A stretch of DNA of 64,000 nt from the NCBI GenBank assembly GCA_040766655.1, contig JAXGQB010000014.1:10955-74954 (forward strand). The letters are read 5' to 3'. Source of the stretch: Anaerolineae bacterium. GTDB lineage: Bacteria; Chloroflexota; Anaerolineae; CG2-30-64-16. A program made the position numbers and the translations under genes. Shown piece by piece: positions 63,972 to 64,000 of this stretch (position 1 is its first letter; the number at the start of each line of letters is the position of its first letter). A model generated the notes under the pieces. That model made no database searches. It was not told the origin of the DNA and saw nothing but the letters and a program-made list of their open reading frames with translations.

Positions 63972-64000
63972 ATCTTACCACAAGGTGGCAGCCCTGCCAA
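63972..64000 (-). promoter_or_regulatory. Promoter of the MFS gene
   Basis: TTGGCA-17-TAAGAT on the minus strand with an extended TGn motif. Confidence 0.65.

Overview
GC-rich, gene-dense bacterial chromosomal segment, most likely from a Chloroflexota (Anaerolineae/Caldilineae-like) organism. This is inferred from TopA with an N-terminal DUF5679-like Zn ribbon, CpXC and DUF5666/DUF5667-type proteins, Pro/Thr-rich exported proteins and a C-terminal 'YLPL-x-R' tail. The window is mostly core genome: ffh-rpsP-khpA-rimM-dprA-manC-topA, ftsH plus an M50 protease, tgt-uppP, nusA-ylxR-infB-rbfA-nrnA-truB-ribF, thyA, era, pckG, mdh, ligA, trmI, dinB and transporters. I saw no rRNA, tRNA, CRISPR array, prophage or intact IS. 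The most unusual items are: (i) an in-frame RibF-archease fusion at the end of the nusA/infB/truB operon; (ii) a HipA-like kinase + DUF3037-type pair with its own promoter; (iii) an ECF sigma/anti-sigma/secreted OB-fold-repeat module; (iv) a secreted 12-repeat FG-GAP propeller with a Cys-x5-Cys pair in every repeat; (v) a 14-bp x6 tandem repeat carrying the ligA stop codon, an SD and a GTG; (vi) a eukaryote-type Fhs with deviant codon usage next to a DDE-less IS630-derived HTH gene; and (vii) several structured leaders and apparent leaderless genes. All family assignments come from motif recognition by eye, not from database searches.
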